Origin: Candidatus Bathyarchaeota archaeon B24
GTDB taxonomy: Archaea > Thermoproteota > CALKCG01 > B24
Assembly: GCA_001593865.1 (NCBI GenBank)
Contig: LUCB01000012.1
Location: 2,485 to 66,484 of the forward strand
Length of the DNA stretch: 64,000 nt
Reading direction: 5' to 3'
Shown in pieces: positions 38,688 through 48,907 of this stretch (its first letter is position 1; each line of letters begins with the position of its first letter). Under the pieces are notes generated by a model that was not told the DNA's origin, did no database searches, and saw only the letters and a list, made by a program, of their open reading frames with translations. Position numbers and translations under genes: made by a program.

Positions 38688-39470
38688 ATGGCTGGTCTGT
38701 GGAGAGCCGTTATACTGGGTTCGGGCTTCGAAGATGCTGTAAAGCCCCTAGAGGTCTATCGGGTCGATACGCCTTTCGGCTCTGCGACTACTGTCTACCG
38801 CGTCTCCTTGGAAAGCCTCGACGTTCTGGTGCTTCCTAGGCATGGTCCTAGGCATGAGAAGCCCCCCCACAAAGTCGACTATAGGGCTAACCTATGGGCT
38901 TTGAAGAAGCTCGGGGCCGAGAGGGTGTTGGCGGTCAACACGGTCGGGGCCATAAACCCCGTCATGAGGCCAGGAGACCTAGCGGTTCCCCACGACCTTA
39001 TAGACTTCACGAAGAGCCGAGCCTACACGTTCTACGACTCCGCACCGGTCGTCCATATAGACTTCACGGAGCCATACTGCAGGGAGCTTAGGAGGCTTCT
39101 CATAGAGTCTGCGAGTAAACTCTCCGGGAGGGTCTGGGACAGAGCCGTATACGTATGCACGGAGGGGCCTAGGTTTGAAACCCCCGCGGAGATCAGGATG
39201 TTCAGAATCCTAGGGGGAGACATAGTCGGTATGACAGGTTGCCCTGAGGCTTCCTTGGCTAGAGAGCTTGGCATTTGCTATGCATCCCTATGTCTCATAT
39301 CTAACATGGCCGCCGGACTACAGAGCCGCATAACCTCGAAAGAGGTCTCGGAGGTCGCATCTGAAAAGAGAGGGGTAATCCTTGATACGTTAAAAGACGT
39401 GTTGAAACGCATGCCCAGGGATCGAAGCTGCGGATGTAGCCTACAGAAGGGCGCTGAATTCAAGGTTTAA
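38688..39470 (+). CDS. mtnP: Methylthioadenosine/methylthioinosine phosphorylase
   Basis: PRHG..H..PPH.VDYRAN, EGPRFETPAE, VGMT. Confidence 0.9.
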   Translation: MAGLWRAVILGSGFEDAVKPLEVYRVDTPFGSATTVYRVSLESLDVLVLPRHGPRHEKPPHKVDYRANLWALKKLGAERVLAVNTVGAINPVMRPGDLAVPHDLIDFTKSRAYTFYDSAPVVHIDFTEPYCRELRRLLIESASKLSGRVWDRAVYVCTEGPRFETPAEIRMFRILGGDIVGMTGCPEASLARELGICYASLCLISNMAAGLQSRITSKEVSEVASEKRGVILDTLKDVLKRMPRDRSCGCSLQKGAEFKV

Positions 39471-39498
39471 CCAAAACTGTTGAGGTCGGGGCTTTCGG

Positions 39499-40536
39499 TC
39501 AGACCCGTGTAAGCGGTTCAAACCCGTCTTTAAGGACTAGGACCGTATCCTCTATCCGACATCCATATTTTCTCCTGATGTAGACCCCTGGTTCTATGGT
39601 GATTACGTCCCCCTCCATGAGCTTCTCGTCACTTGACGGATTAAGCCCCGGAGGCTCATGTACATCCAAACCTACACCGTGGCCGAGACCGTGGATGAAA
39701 AGCCCCCTATATCCTCTAGCGTCGAGAAATTCCCTAGCCGCCTTATCGACATCCCTACAAAGCACACCCGCCCTAACAATCTCTAAAGCCTTCTCTTGAG
39801 CCTTCCGTACGTCTTCTACAACCTTTTCATACTCTGGGTTTCTACCGACCGTGAAGCTCCTAGTCATATCGGCGCAATAGCCCATATAACATACACCGGC
39901 GTCTATGGTCACCGGCTCTCCTTCCAAAATCTTCCTAAGCGACGGTTTACCATGGGGCCTAGAGGTTTTAGGTCCCGAAACCACTATGATCGGGAACGCA
40001 TACTCCAATCCCCGGTCCCTAAGGAATGCGTCCGCCATCTTAGCTAAGCCGCACTCCGTCACACCGGGTTTAGCATGTTCGACGAGAAGCTCCATAAGCT
40101 CTCTAGTCAGCCTTGAAGCTTCTCTTATAAGCCTTATCTCTTCAGGGTCTTTAGTCCTCCTAAGCGTCGACAAGTAGTTGGAGCCGTCTTTAAGCTTGAA
40201 CCCTTCTGACTCCAGGCTTTTGTAATCAGGTATGGAAAGCCCGTCGTAGAACACGGTCGAAGCTCCAGCATCTCTCAGAACCTTTGCTATCCCCTTTCTG
40301 AACGGCTCACCTATCTGCAGCGGCTCGATTTGGACTCCCTGGGCTTCATCCTCTGCATCTTCGAGGCTTAACATGGGGACTAGAAGTGTAGGCTCGGAAT
40401 CTGGGAATACGAATAGGACACCCCCCTCGAAGCCTGTGAGGTACCTGACATTCTTAGGCTCCGTCAGCATGAAGACATCCACGTTCTCCTTCGATAACCT
40501 CTCTTTAACCATCTTGATCCTACGTCCATAGTTCAT
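39499..40536 (-). CDS. Xaa-Pro aminopeptidase (M24B)
   Basis: YLTGF, PHG, DMTRS, HGLGHGVGL.VHE.P, TIEPG, RIED. Confidence 0.92.
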   Translation of the reverse strand: MNYGRRIKMVKERLSKENVDVFMLTEPKNVRYLTGFEGGVLFVFPDSEPTLLVPMLSLEDAEDEAQGVQIEPLQIGEPFRKGIAKVLRDAGASTVFYDGLSIPDYKSLESEGFKLKDGSNYLSTLRRTKDPEEIRLIREASRLTRELMELLVEHAKPGVTECGLAKMADAFLRDRGLEYAFPIIVVSGPKTSRPHGKPSLRKILEGEPVTIDAGVCYMGYCADMTRSFTVGRNPEYEKVVEDVRKAQEKALEIVRAGVLCRDVDKAAREFLDARGYRGLFIHGLGHGVGLDVHEPPGLNPSSDEKLMEGDVITIEPGVYIRRKYGCRIEDTVLVLKDGFEPLTRV

Positions 40537-40764
40537 AGAGACCTAAAGAAAACTTGCGTGTAACCTAGTAAATGTTTCTCCCTTAATGAAGCCATCGCCT
40601 GTTCTCTTCTCTCTGAAAATGGAGCGGGGGCTCCCTCGATTAAGCGGAGGTGTCGAGTATCTACCCGTAAACATACAACTCTGGGATACCGCTGCTTAAA
40701 TGAGTAGTCTGGTAATTGTGGAAAGTTCTTAAACAGCATCCTGGTAACTTTAAAGTGAGGGGAG

Positions 40765-41922
40765 GTGTGTCGGATAGACGCTGAAGAATACGACCAGATG
40801 CCGTACACATATGAACGACTGGTTTCACTGGTAGAGGGGTTTAAGCTTCCAAACTCTGAGAAAGTTAAGCTTCTCAAAGGCTTTCTAAAAAGCTCGAGGA
40901 GGATCCTGTGCGTAGGCGTAGGTAGGTCGGGTGAAAACGCAGAGGTTTTCTCTAGGTTCCTAAGAAACCTCGGCTTCGAGCAGGTCTACGGTCCTGAAGA
41001 AATCCCTTATGTGATAAGGGAATCTGACGTGCTCGTGGCGTTTTCAGGAAGCGGTGTGACGACCTACACGCTGGAAACCGCGAAGATAGCGCATGAGGCG
41101 AACGCTAAAGTCGTCGCATTGACATCAGACCCTGAAAGCCCCCTGGCGAAGATCTCGAATTTGGTTATAGAGATACCTGGTAAAAAGACGCTGGACTACC
41201 ATGCCGAAGACTACTACGCTAGACAGATAGAGGGTGTGGTGTACGCCCCGTTGACGCCGATGGGTACTTTATACGAACTCAGGACGCTCCTATTCTCGTT
41301 GAGCTTCATAGGGTCCTTCCTAGGAGGCTCTGTCGAAGGGTGGTTTCAGAAGATCTTGGCTGGGTTGAAGGGTTACAAGCCGTCTCAGGGAGACTTTCAG
41401 ACTTTATATCAAGCCTTACCTAGGCCTAGAAGCCGTCTGAACCCGTGGACAGGTAAAACCGTCGTCGTAGGCGAGGGGTTCTCAGGCATAGTAGGCTCCT
41501 TCTTCGTGACTAGACTGAGGCACTGCTGTAAGCCTGGTGAAGACCGTGAATGCTACTTCTGGAAGGATAAAGGTAGCGTAGCCGTCGGCTCCCGGGATAC
41601 GGTTCTGATAATCTCCGGCTCAGGAGGGCATCTACCCGCTTTGATGGCCGAGAAGGCTAAGGCTAAAGGCGCTAGGGTCGTCGCGATAACCTCCTACGTG
41701 GATAGTCCTCTAGCGGAGAACAGCGACTCGATAATAATCATACCCGGTAGGGTTATCTATAAGCTTAAGGGGCTTAGAAGTAGCTACCTCCCGAGGAACC
41801 CGCTTGAGTCGCTTTTCGAGCTCAGGACGCTCTTCTTCCTCGAGGGCTCCATATATCTTCTGGCGAAAAGAGAGGGTATAACAGAGGTGGACATGATGAC
41901 TAAGCATTCAGACTTCACTTGA
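40765..41922 (+). CDS. Tandem SIS-domain protein (duplicated 6-phospho-3-hexuloisomerase-like)
   Basis: Two repeats: GVGRSG/FSGSG/SPLA/YELRTL and GEGFSG/ISGSG/SPLA/FELRTL. Confidence 0.75.
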   Translation: MCRIDAEEYDQMPYTYERLVSLVEGFKLPNSEKVKLLKGFLKSSRRILCVGVGRSGENAEVFSRFLRNLGFEQVYGPEEIPYVIRESDVLVAFSGSGVTTYTLETAKIAHEANAKVVALTSDPESPLAKISNLVIEIPGKKTLDYHAEDYYARQIEGVVYAPLTPMGTLYELRTLLFSLSFIGSFLGGSVEGWFQKILAGLKGYKPSQGDFQTLYQALPRPRSRLNPWTGKTVVVGEGFSGIVGSFFVTRLRHCCKPGEDRECYFWKDKGSVAVGSRDTVLIISGSGGHLPALMAEKAKAKGARVVAITSYVDSPLAENSDSIIIIPGRVIYKLKGLRSSYLPRNPLESLFELRTLFFLEGSIYLLAKREGITEVDMMTKHSDFT

Positions 41923-41928
41923 ACCCTG

Positions 41929-43254
41929 TCATCTCCTCTCCAGCTGGCTACCGTAGATGGTTACGTCTCCGCTTATTATGTAGGCTATGGTGCATGCGAT
42001 GAGGGATGGTGCTAAAAGCTGATACCCTCCGCTCATCTCCACGACGAGTATTACGGAGGCTAACGGTGCTTTAGAGGCCGCTGCGAAGAACGAAGCCATA
42101 CCTACCAAGACATATGGCGCGATGTGTCCGATGAACGTTAAAGGCAAGGTCTTCAAGAATAGATTCAAAGCCCCACCGATCATCGCTCCTACAAAGACCG
42201 AGGGCGCGAATACACCTCCGCTTCCTCCAGAAGCTACGGTGAAACTCGTGGCGGCTATCTTGGCTATGCCTAGGAACGTAAGCTCTTCGGTCGTGAACTC
42301 TCCGTTGATGGCTCTTTGAATAACCCCGTAGCCTCCTCCGAGCACCTCGGGAACGATCAACCCTATAAGCCCGGTTAAGGCTCCTCCTATGGCCGGCTTA
42401 ACGGCCTCCGGAACCTTAAGCCTCTCGAATAACAGTTCGGTGAGATAGAAGACCTTCACGAAAATCACCGCGGATACTCCGCATACAAGCCCTAGGAAGC
42501 CGTATAGGATTAGTTCAAGAGGGTTCGTCAGAGTCACGGGAGGAACTTCGAACGCCCTCTTCACGCCCGTGAAGATCATGGAAACAGCATATCCTGAAAC
42601 CGAAGCTATAACCGACGGTATGAATCCCTCGACTTCAAAGTCCCTTCTGTATAATACTTCGATCGCGAAGATGGAGCCTCCTAACGGAGACTTAAACACG
42701 CTTCCTATACCGGCTGCTATACCCGCTATGAGTAAAGTTTTCCTATCGCGAACGTTTAACCTCAGAAGCCTAGCGAGCGTCGAGCCGAACCCGGCTCCAG
42801 TCTGGGCTATAGGCCCCTCTCTACCGGCGCTACCGCCTGAGCCGATCGTGATGGCTGAGGCTATGATCTTGACTACGGGTATCCTCGCTCTTATACTTCC
42901 CCACCTCTTGTGAAAGGCCTTTATAGCCGCGTCTGTTCCATGGCCCTTAGCCTCAGGAGCGGTTGATGCTACTATGAACCCTGATATGAGACCCCCTATC
43001 CCGACGATCAAGGGAAGTCTCCATGGTCCTAGATACCCTAAAAACTCGAGCCCTTGGTCTAAGAACAGGTGTCTACACCCTTCTAAAAGTAGGTCGAACA
43101 CCACACCCCCTAGTCCTCCGATTACACCCACGGCTACGCTTAAAATCGCCCATTTCTCCAAGTAGTTAGCGTGTTTAGCCGAGATCCCCAGTCTTCTCAT
43201 GAAGCCCTTGAACCGCATTCTAAGCCTAGTGAATAGGCTATGCATCTCCTTCAT
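41929..43254 (-). CDS. CLC-family chloride channel / Cl-/H+ antiporter
   Basis: GHGTD, GSAGREGP, GGVFAP signature motifs. Confidence 0.92.
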   Translation of the reverse strand: MKEMHSLFTRLRMRFKGFMRRLGISAKHANYLEKWAILSVAVGVIGGLGGVVFDLLLEGCRHLFLDQGLEFLGYLGPWRLPLIVGIGGLISGFIVASTAPEAKGHGTDAAIKAFHKRWGSIRARIPVVKIIASAITIGSGGSAGREGPIAQTGAGFGSTLARLLRLNVRDRKTLLIAGIAAGIGSVFKSPLGGSIFAIEVLYRRDFEVEGFIPSVIASVSGYAVSMIFTGVKRAFEVPPVTLTNPLELILYGFLGLVCGVSAVIFVKVFYLTELLFERLKVPEAVKPAIGGALTGLIGLIVPEVLGGGYGVIQRAINGEFTTEELTFLGIAKIAATSFTVASGGSGGVFAPSVFVGAMIGGALNLFLKTLPLTFIGHIAPYVLVGMASFFAAASKAPLASVILVVEMSGGYQLLAPSLIACTIAYIISGDVTIYGSQLERR

Positions 43255-43357
43255 CGCGCTCCCTCCTTTAGCTCTCTTATAGCTCTCCAAGTTTTAGAGA
43301 GGACTGTTAAATAAAGTCTTTATATTTGAGTGTCTCTAGGGGTTTGAGGGGATATCG

Positions 43358-44008
43358 TTGAGAGCCGTGATCGCTGGTGGTGGTGGAACAGGGGTTGCAT
43401 TAGCCAAGCTTTTGATGGAGGACGGATGGTCTGTCGTCATAATAGACCATGATCCTAGGGTCTGTGAACATATAGTTCGCGAGCTTCCTAGCGTAGACGT
43501 TATAGAAGGTGAAGCCACGGATCCTAAGGTTCTTGAAGAAGCCGGTATCAGAAAGGCTGATGTATTCGTAGCCGTGACGAACAGCGACTCTGTGAACGTG
43601 ATGTCCTCGGTGCTCGCTAAAAATATGGGCGTTAAAAAAGTGATAGCAAGGGTTGAAAGCTCTATGTATAAAGAGGTCGCCGAGAAGATGGGTTTAAAGG
43701 ATTACATAATTCCGTCAGAATCCGCGGCTGCTCAGATAGAGGAGATGGTGAAGGGCGTAGATTTCCTATCGACTTTCATAAAGTATCACCGTGAGCTTGA
43801 GCTTCTAGAGGAGGAGGTCGATAAAAGCTCTCCTTACGTAGGTATGAGCATATGCGAGGTCATGGAGAGAAGTAACGACCGCCACCCGATAATGATAATA
43901 AAATCCAACGGAGACAAGGTTTTAATACCTAAACTCGGCTACCGGATTAAAGCTGGCGATAAAATAATATTCCTGAGAAAGAGAAGCATATTCGAACGGC
44001 TCTTCTAA
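43358..44008 (+). CDS. TrkA-family potassium uptake regulatory (RCK) protein
   Basis: IAGGGGTG Rossmann motif, GEATDP..LEEAGI. Confidence 0.88.
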   Translation: MRAVIAGGGGTGVALAKLLMEDGWSVVIIDHDPRVCEHIVRELPSVDVIEGEATDPKVLEEAGIRKADVFVAVTNSDSVNVMSSVLAKNMGVKKVIARVESSMYKEVAEKMGLKDYIIPSESAAAQIEEMVKGVDFLSTFIKYHRELELLEEEVDKSSPYVGMSICEVMERSNDRHPIMIIKSNGDKVLIPKLGYRIKAGDKIIFLRKRSIFERLF

Positions 44009-46231
44009 CTACTCTCTGTCCATGAAGTCTTCTGGCCTAGGCGGCTCTGGTGATAGTCCTTTACGCTGCCTTATCTCACGTATGAGCTTAGGCATTAGCG
44101 ACGATGGCACCGGCGCCCACCTGGAGAACGGTAGGCTCCAGAAAGCCTTGCCTGATGTGGAGGACCTTATCACATCGGCTAGGTCGAACGTCTCCGCGGC
44201 CGGTATCTCCCCTTCGACGTGAACCACATACTCTCTCTGCTCTATAGATAATACGCGTCCCCTTCTGCTCGTCAGTATCTTGGTTAGGACACCGACCATC
44301 TCGGCTGGGGCTCTGGCTACAAGCTTCATTATCGGCTCTAGGAGTATCGGATCCGCTGAGAGTAGACCCGCGTAGATGGCTCTACGAACCATAGGTATTA
44401 TCTGAGCCGGGCCTCTATGAGCCGGGTCTGAGTGTAGCTCAGCGTTCTCCAGATTAACCTTGACGCCTCGGACGTATTCCCTCGTAAGCGGCCCATCATC
44501 CATGGCTGATATGAAGCCTGAGACCATGTAATCTCGGACCTCGTTGAGATATTGGACGCCCTTAGAACGGTCTACGAAGATGCATCCATGAGGGTCTATC
44601 CCATAGACGTTCCTAGCCTCCTCCGCAGGCCACCCGTAGCTTCTGAGGAGTTTAGCTATGCTCCTCCTATCCATCGTATCGTTGAGTTTACCCGAGGTTA
44701 TAAGCTCCACTATCTGCGGGTCTAGGGGTTCAACGCTTATGTAAACCCTATTGTGTCTGTTCGGTGATTTAGCCATGAAAGGCCCTGCGGGTTTTCTGAT
44801 GCTCTCCCTGTATATAACGGTCGGCGGCGAGGTTATGATCTCTAACCCCGTCTTCTGTATGAGCGTCAACGCGATCTCGAGGTGAACCTGACCTATGCCC
44901 GAGAGGAGATACTCACCGCTTTCCTGGTCTATCCTAGCCACCAAGTTGGGGTCCTCTATAGTCAGCTTGTTCAGCACGTCGACAAGCTTAGGCAAGTCTC
45001 TACTATACTTCGGCTCTATGGCTATGGTCACGACAGGCTCCGTGACGTATCTAACGGCTTCGAAAGGCACCACATCTGGGATAGAGGCTATCGTTTCACC
45101 AGCCCTAGCCTTATCGAGCCCCAGTAAAGCCGGTATGTTACCCGCCGGTAGACTGCCGACGATCTCCCTATACGGACCCATATAGATGCATACCTGCTGA
45201 ACCCTACCGGTCGCCCTAGCTCCTATGAGGTGAACGGTGTCTCCGGCGTTTATGACCCCTGAGAACAACCTCCCCGTCGCTACTACACCGGCTTGAGGGT
45301 CGACGGTTACGTTCGAGATGCACATGACGACAGGCCCATCGTCGTCGCATTCGAGCATCGCCTTACCCACCTCTGAAGATAGGTCTCCATGCCAGATCTT
45401 AGGTATCCTGTACTTCTGGGCTATGGGTGGAGACGGCAGATGCTCTACGACCATGTCGAGTATAGCCTCGTGGAGCGGAACGGTTTTCCTAAGCTCCTCG
45501 ACGTTTCCCTCCTTATAAGCCGCCACGACATCCGAGAACTTTATACCCTTCTCCTGAGCCACCCTGAGGGTGAAGCCCCACCTATGTTTAGCCGAGCCGA
45601 GGGCTACGTTGTTGTTTGAAAAGCTTACCTTCCAAGCCTTCCTGTATTCAGGCTCGGCATACATCTCGATCAGACGGTTGAAGTCCTTGATTATCCTAAC
45701 TATGACTTCTTGGACGCCTTGGGGGCTTAGCTTAAGCTCGTTGATCAACCGGTCGATCTTGTTTATGTATAGAACCGGTCTCACCCTCTCTTCTAGGGCC
45801 TGTCTGGTGACGGTCTCCGTCTGGGTCATGACACCTTCAACCGCGTCCACCACAACTATGGCCCCGTCTATCGCTCTGAGAGACCGGGTAACCTTACCCG
45901 TGAAGTCTATGTGACCTGGAGTATCGATAAGGTTGATCACATACGGCTTGTTCTCATACTCGTAGTAGAGACTTATGTTAGCCGCCTTTATCGTCATCTG
46001 CCTCTTCTGCTCCTCCTCCATATAGTCTAACGCCAAGGCCTGCCCAGCCATCGAGGGCGATAACAGGCCGCAGGCAGCTAGAAGGGAATCGCTCATAGTA
46101 GTCTTACCGTGGTCTACATGGGCTATAATTCCTATATCTTCCGGACCCGAGGCCGAACCTCAGGTCTTTCGGATAAACTCCTTGTCCTTAACTATCTTAA
46201 GTATCTCAGCCGTCGTCCTATACCTAGGCAT
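44009..46231 (-). CDS. fusA: Translation elongation factor 2, split: exon 1 46231-46168, exon 2 46137-44009 (730 aa spliced)
   Basis: Spliced N-terminus MPRYRTTAEILKIVKDKEFIRNIGIIAHVDHGKTT; DTPGH, NKID, diphthamide loop HSDPAHRGPAQ. Confidence 0.93.
46138..46167 (-). other. 30-nt bulge-helix-bulge (BHB) intron in the EF-2 mRNA
   Basis: UCCG/CGGA 4-bp helix, AAA and AGA bulges, 9-bp internal stem; contains in-frame UGA; canonical cuts restore CGA AAT ATA GGA. Confidence 0.88.
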
Positions 46232-46330
46232 TTCCCCATCCCCTTCCGAGCGTGAAACCTAATAACCACCAGCCTTATTAAACTTTTAGAAAAAACGCGG
46301 CTCTCTATCTTTCAACCGACCAAGGATGAA

Positions 46331-46772
46331 ATGCTCGATAGGATTTTCCGTATGCAGAAGAAGACTCCTACAGTAGAGGGATACGACATATGGTCCGTAA
46401 TAATAGCCAAGGAAAGGGATTCCCCTCACGTGAGTACAGGGTGCTTCAGCACCGCAGGTATTCCCCATAACCCCCCCTCCTGAAGACTTAGCCAACCTAG
46501 CTTTAGCCCTAGCCCACCCTGCCAGAATAATTCTTCTAAGAGAATTGAGAGTCTCAAAATATGTATCTGAGCTTGAGAAGACGTTCTCAGATAGATATGG
46601 AGCGCTCTATCACCATCTAAGCGTGCTTCGAAAAATGAATATGGTCAGGCAAGAGAGGGAACGGGGAAAATACGCGGCTACGGTAGTAGGCGTAGCGGCT
46701 TTACTCTTCCTAAACACGCTAGCCTCCATGTTAAACGTGTTAAAGAAACCTTCGGAAAAAATCTTCCTCTGA
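46331..46772 (+). pseudogene. ArsR-family wHTH regulator, frameshifted in a C7 run (46471-46477)
   Basis: LALALAHPARIILLREL...LYHHLSVL frame has no start upstream of the motif; joins the ATG 46331 frame if one C is removed. Confidence 0.55.
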
Positions 46773-46851
46773 ATAGTTTTCCAAAAATAGATAGACTTTG
46801 TGATGTTCACATCTAAGTTGAAAGTTCTAGCTTCGAGAAGCGTGTTCATTA

Positions 46852-47037
46852 CTAGGAGCTTCTCCTTCTTCTACGGAGCCTCCATAGGTCGCTACTCACC
46901 GAGATCGACTCATGTCTACGCTCCCAAGCCATGTGCCTGTAGAAGCACCGTTCACAGAAGAACCTGCCACAATACGGACATCTGAAAGTCTTAACAACGG
47001 TTCTACCGCAGGAGTAGCACGTATTACACGTGGACAA
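46852..47037 (-). CDS. Small AN1-like zinc-finger protein
   Basis: CYSCG...CPYCGRFFCERC...H; GGAGG SD upstream. Confidence 0.65.
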   Translation of the reverse strand: MSTCNTCYSCGRTVVKTFRCPYCGRFFCERCFYRHMAWERRHESISVSSDLWRLRRRRRSS

Positions 47038-47106
47038 ACCGGTTATCCTCCATAAACAAAATAGAGGATGCGCTAATAAATATAGCGTTATTAAAGAAAA
47101 TCGAGT

Positions 47107-48378
47107 TTACTTTTCCTTCAAAAGCTCTTCTAGTATCTCCTTAGCCCTATCTATCCTTATCTTACGTTCTTCCACCATTCTTCGAGCAACCTCATCTATC
47201 AATCGACCGGTCGCCCCCGCCATTATGGCTATGTTCCTAGCATGCAGCTTCATATGCCCCCTCTGAATACCTTCCGTGGCTAAAGCCCTTAAAGCCGCCA
47301 GGTTCTGGGCTAACCCGACCGAAGCCATAACCTCCGCGAGTTCGGAAGCGGTCTTAACGCCCAATATCTTAAGGCATACCCGTGCGAGCGGATTAGACCT
47401 AGTCGCGCCGCCTATGATCCCGACGGCCAAGGGTATTTCTATCGTGCCCACTAGGTCTCCGTCTTCGTTAACCTCCCAAGTGGTCAGAGGCTGATACTTC
47501 CCCGTCCTAGCGGCGTAGGCGTGGGCCCCAGACTCTAAAGCTCTCGTGTCGTTTCCGGTGGCTAGGGCGACGGCTATTATACCGTTCATAATCCCCTTGT
47601 TATGGGTCGCGCATCTGAAGGGGTCTGATTTCGCGAAGTTGTACGCGTAGATTATCCCCTCGACAGCCTCTTCCCCGCCTAGAGCCTCTTTATCGAATAC
47701 GGCCCTAGCCCTCGCAAGCCTATAGACGGCTAAGTTGGAAACTATACGGAGATACACCTTACCGCCCGTGAGCTTCTCGATCATAGGCGCCACGGCCTCG
47801 GCCATCGTGTTGACCGCATTAGCCCCCATAGCGTCTTTAACATCGACTAGGAGGTGGGTTATAACCATCGGCCCTACGTCCGTATCTATAACCCTGACCT
47901 CTAGGTCTTTGGCGCCTCCACCTAGTTTGACGAGTATCGGGTCTTGCTCGTTAGCCTTCTCGAGTATCTCGTCCTTATGAGCTAGTATAGTGTATCTCGC
48001 CCCGTAGGGGTCTGGAACCTTGACGAGCTGGATCTGCCCTATCATAATCGGCTTGGTCGTCGACGCCTGAAACCCTCCCTTAACCCTGGCTATCCTAGCC
48101 GCGTTACTCGCAGCCGCTACGACGCTCGGCTCCTCTATCGCCATAGGCACCATATAATCTCTACCGTTTATCAGGAAATTCACGGCTACCCCCAGCGGTA
48201 TATGCATAACCCCTATGACGTTCTCTATCATCCTATCCGCGAGGGTAAGCTCTAGGCTTCCTGTGTTCTTAAGAAGGGCGACCTCCTCATCGGTTAGACC
48301 CGCGAAATCGGCTACGATACGTAGCCTCTCCTCGGGGCTGAGCTTGTAGAAGCCAGGAATACGAGATGTCTTAGCCAA
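47107..48378 (-). CDS. mvaA: Hydroxymethylglutaryl-CoA reductase, class II
   Basis: [36 protein letters not shown]. Confidence 0.94.
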   Translation of the reverse strand: MAKTSRIPGFYKLSPEERLRIVADFAGLTDEEVALLKNTGSLELTLADRMIENVIGVMHIPLGVAVNFLINGRDYMVPMAIEEPSVVAAASNAARIARVKGGFQASTTKPIMIGQIQLVKVPDPYGARYTILAHKDEILEKANEQDPILVKLGGGAKDLEVRVIDTDVGPMVITHLLVDVKDAMGANAVNTMAEAVAPMIEKLTGGKVYLRIVSNLAVYRLARARAVFDKEALGGEEAVEGIIYAYNFAKSDPFRCATHNKGIMNGIIAVALATGNDTRALESGAHAYAARTGKYQPLTTWEVNEDGDLVGTIEIPLAVGIIGGATRSNPLARVCLKILGVKTASELAEVMASVGLAQNLAALRALATEGIQRGHMKLHARNIAIMAGATGRLIDEVARRMVEERKIRIDRAKEILEELLKEK

Positions 48379-48519
48379 ACACTACACCTAGATCTTTAAT
48401 TACGCTGTATAGGGGGATAAGGCTTACTAATGACCTATGCGGCGAGGGTAATTCTTAACTATAGTAAACGCTATGAGGGGATCCTGTCGAATCTATACGG
48501 AGAAACCTGGGTGGTGTGG

Positions 48520-48906
48520 TTGGCTAAGCTTAAGATGATACTGGTCTCCGGTAGGTCTCTCGGGCAGGGTCTGGGGAAAGAGGCTGGTAAGTTCTCAAGC
48601 CGCTACATGGACGCGACGGCTACGTGTCAGCTAGACCCAGAGGATATGGAGAAGCTCGGGGTCTCGGAAGGCGGAAGCGTTAAGATAACGTCGAAACACG
48701 GATGCATAGTGGTTAAAGCGTCCAAATCCAGATACGCTCCCCATAAAGGTGTAGTATTCATAGCCTACGGACCCTGGGTCAACGCCTTGACAAGCCCTGA
48801 AACCCATGGAACCGGTATGCCCGGCTTTAAGGGCTTAGAGGTTGAAGTTGAACCGGTCGAGGAGCCGGTCAAACCGGTGGATGGGCTTCTTAAGGAGGTG
48901 GTCTAG
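48520..48906 (+). CDS. fwdD: Formylmethanofuran dehydrogenase subunit D
   Basis: LVSGRS..QG, GPWVN, GTGMPGFKG. Confidence 0.9.
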   Translation: MAKLKMILVSGRSLGQGLGKEAGKFSSRYMDATATCQLDPEDMEKLGVSEGGSVKITSKHGCIVVKASKSRYAPHKGVVFIAYGPWVNALTSPETHGTGMPGFKGLEVEVEPVEEPVKPVDGLLKEVV

Positions 48907-48907
48907 C

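Noticed and set aside
46138..46167. In-frame UGA in EF-2 read as selenocysteine or stop readthrough
   Set aside because: Readthrough would insert 10 residues into the strand leading to the P-loop and lose the conserved Asn; BHB splicing restores the consensus exactly
46430..46465. Hairpin GGTGC-TTCA-GCACC in the broken ArsR gene as a second BHB intron
   Set aside because: The flanks cannot form the 4-bp central helix with 3-nt bulges; a one-base slip in the C7 tract explains the break more simply
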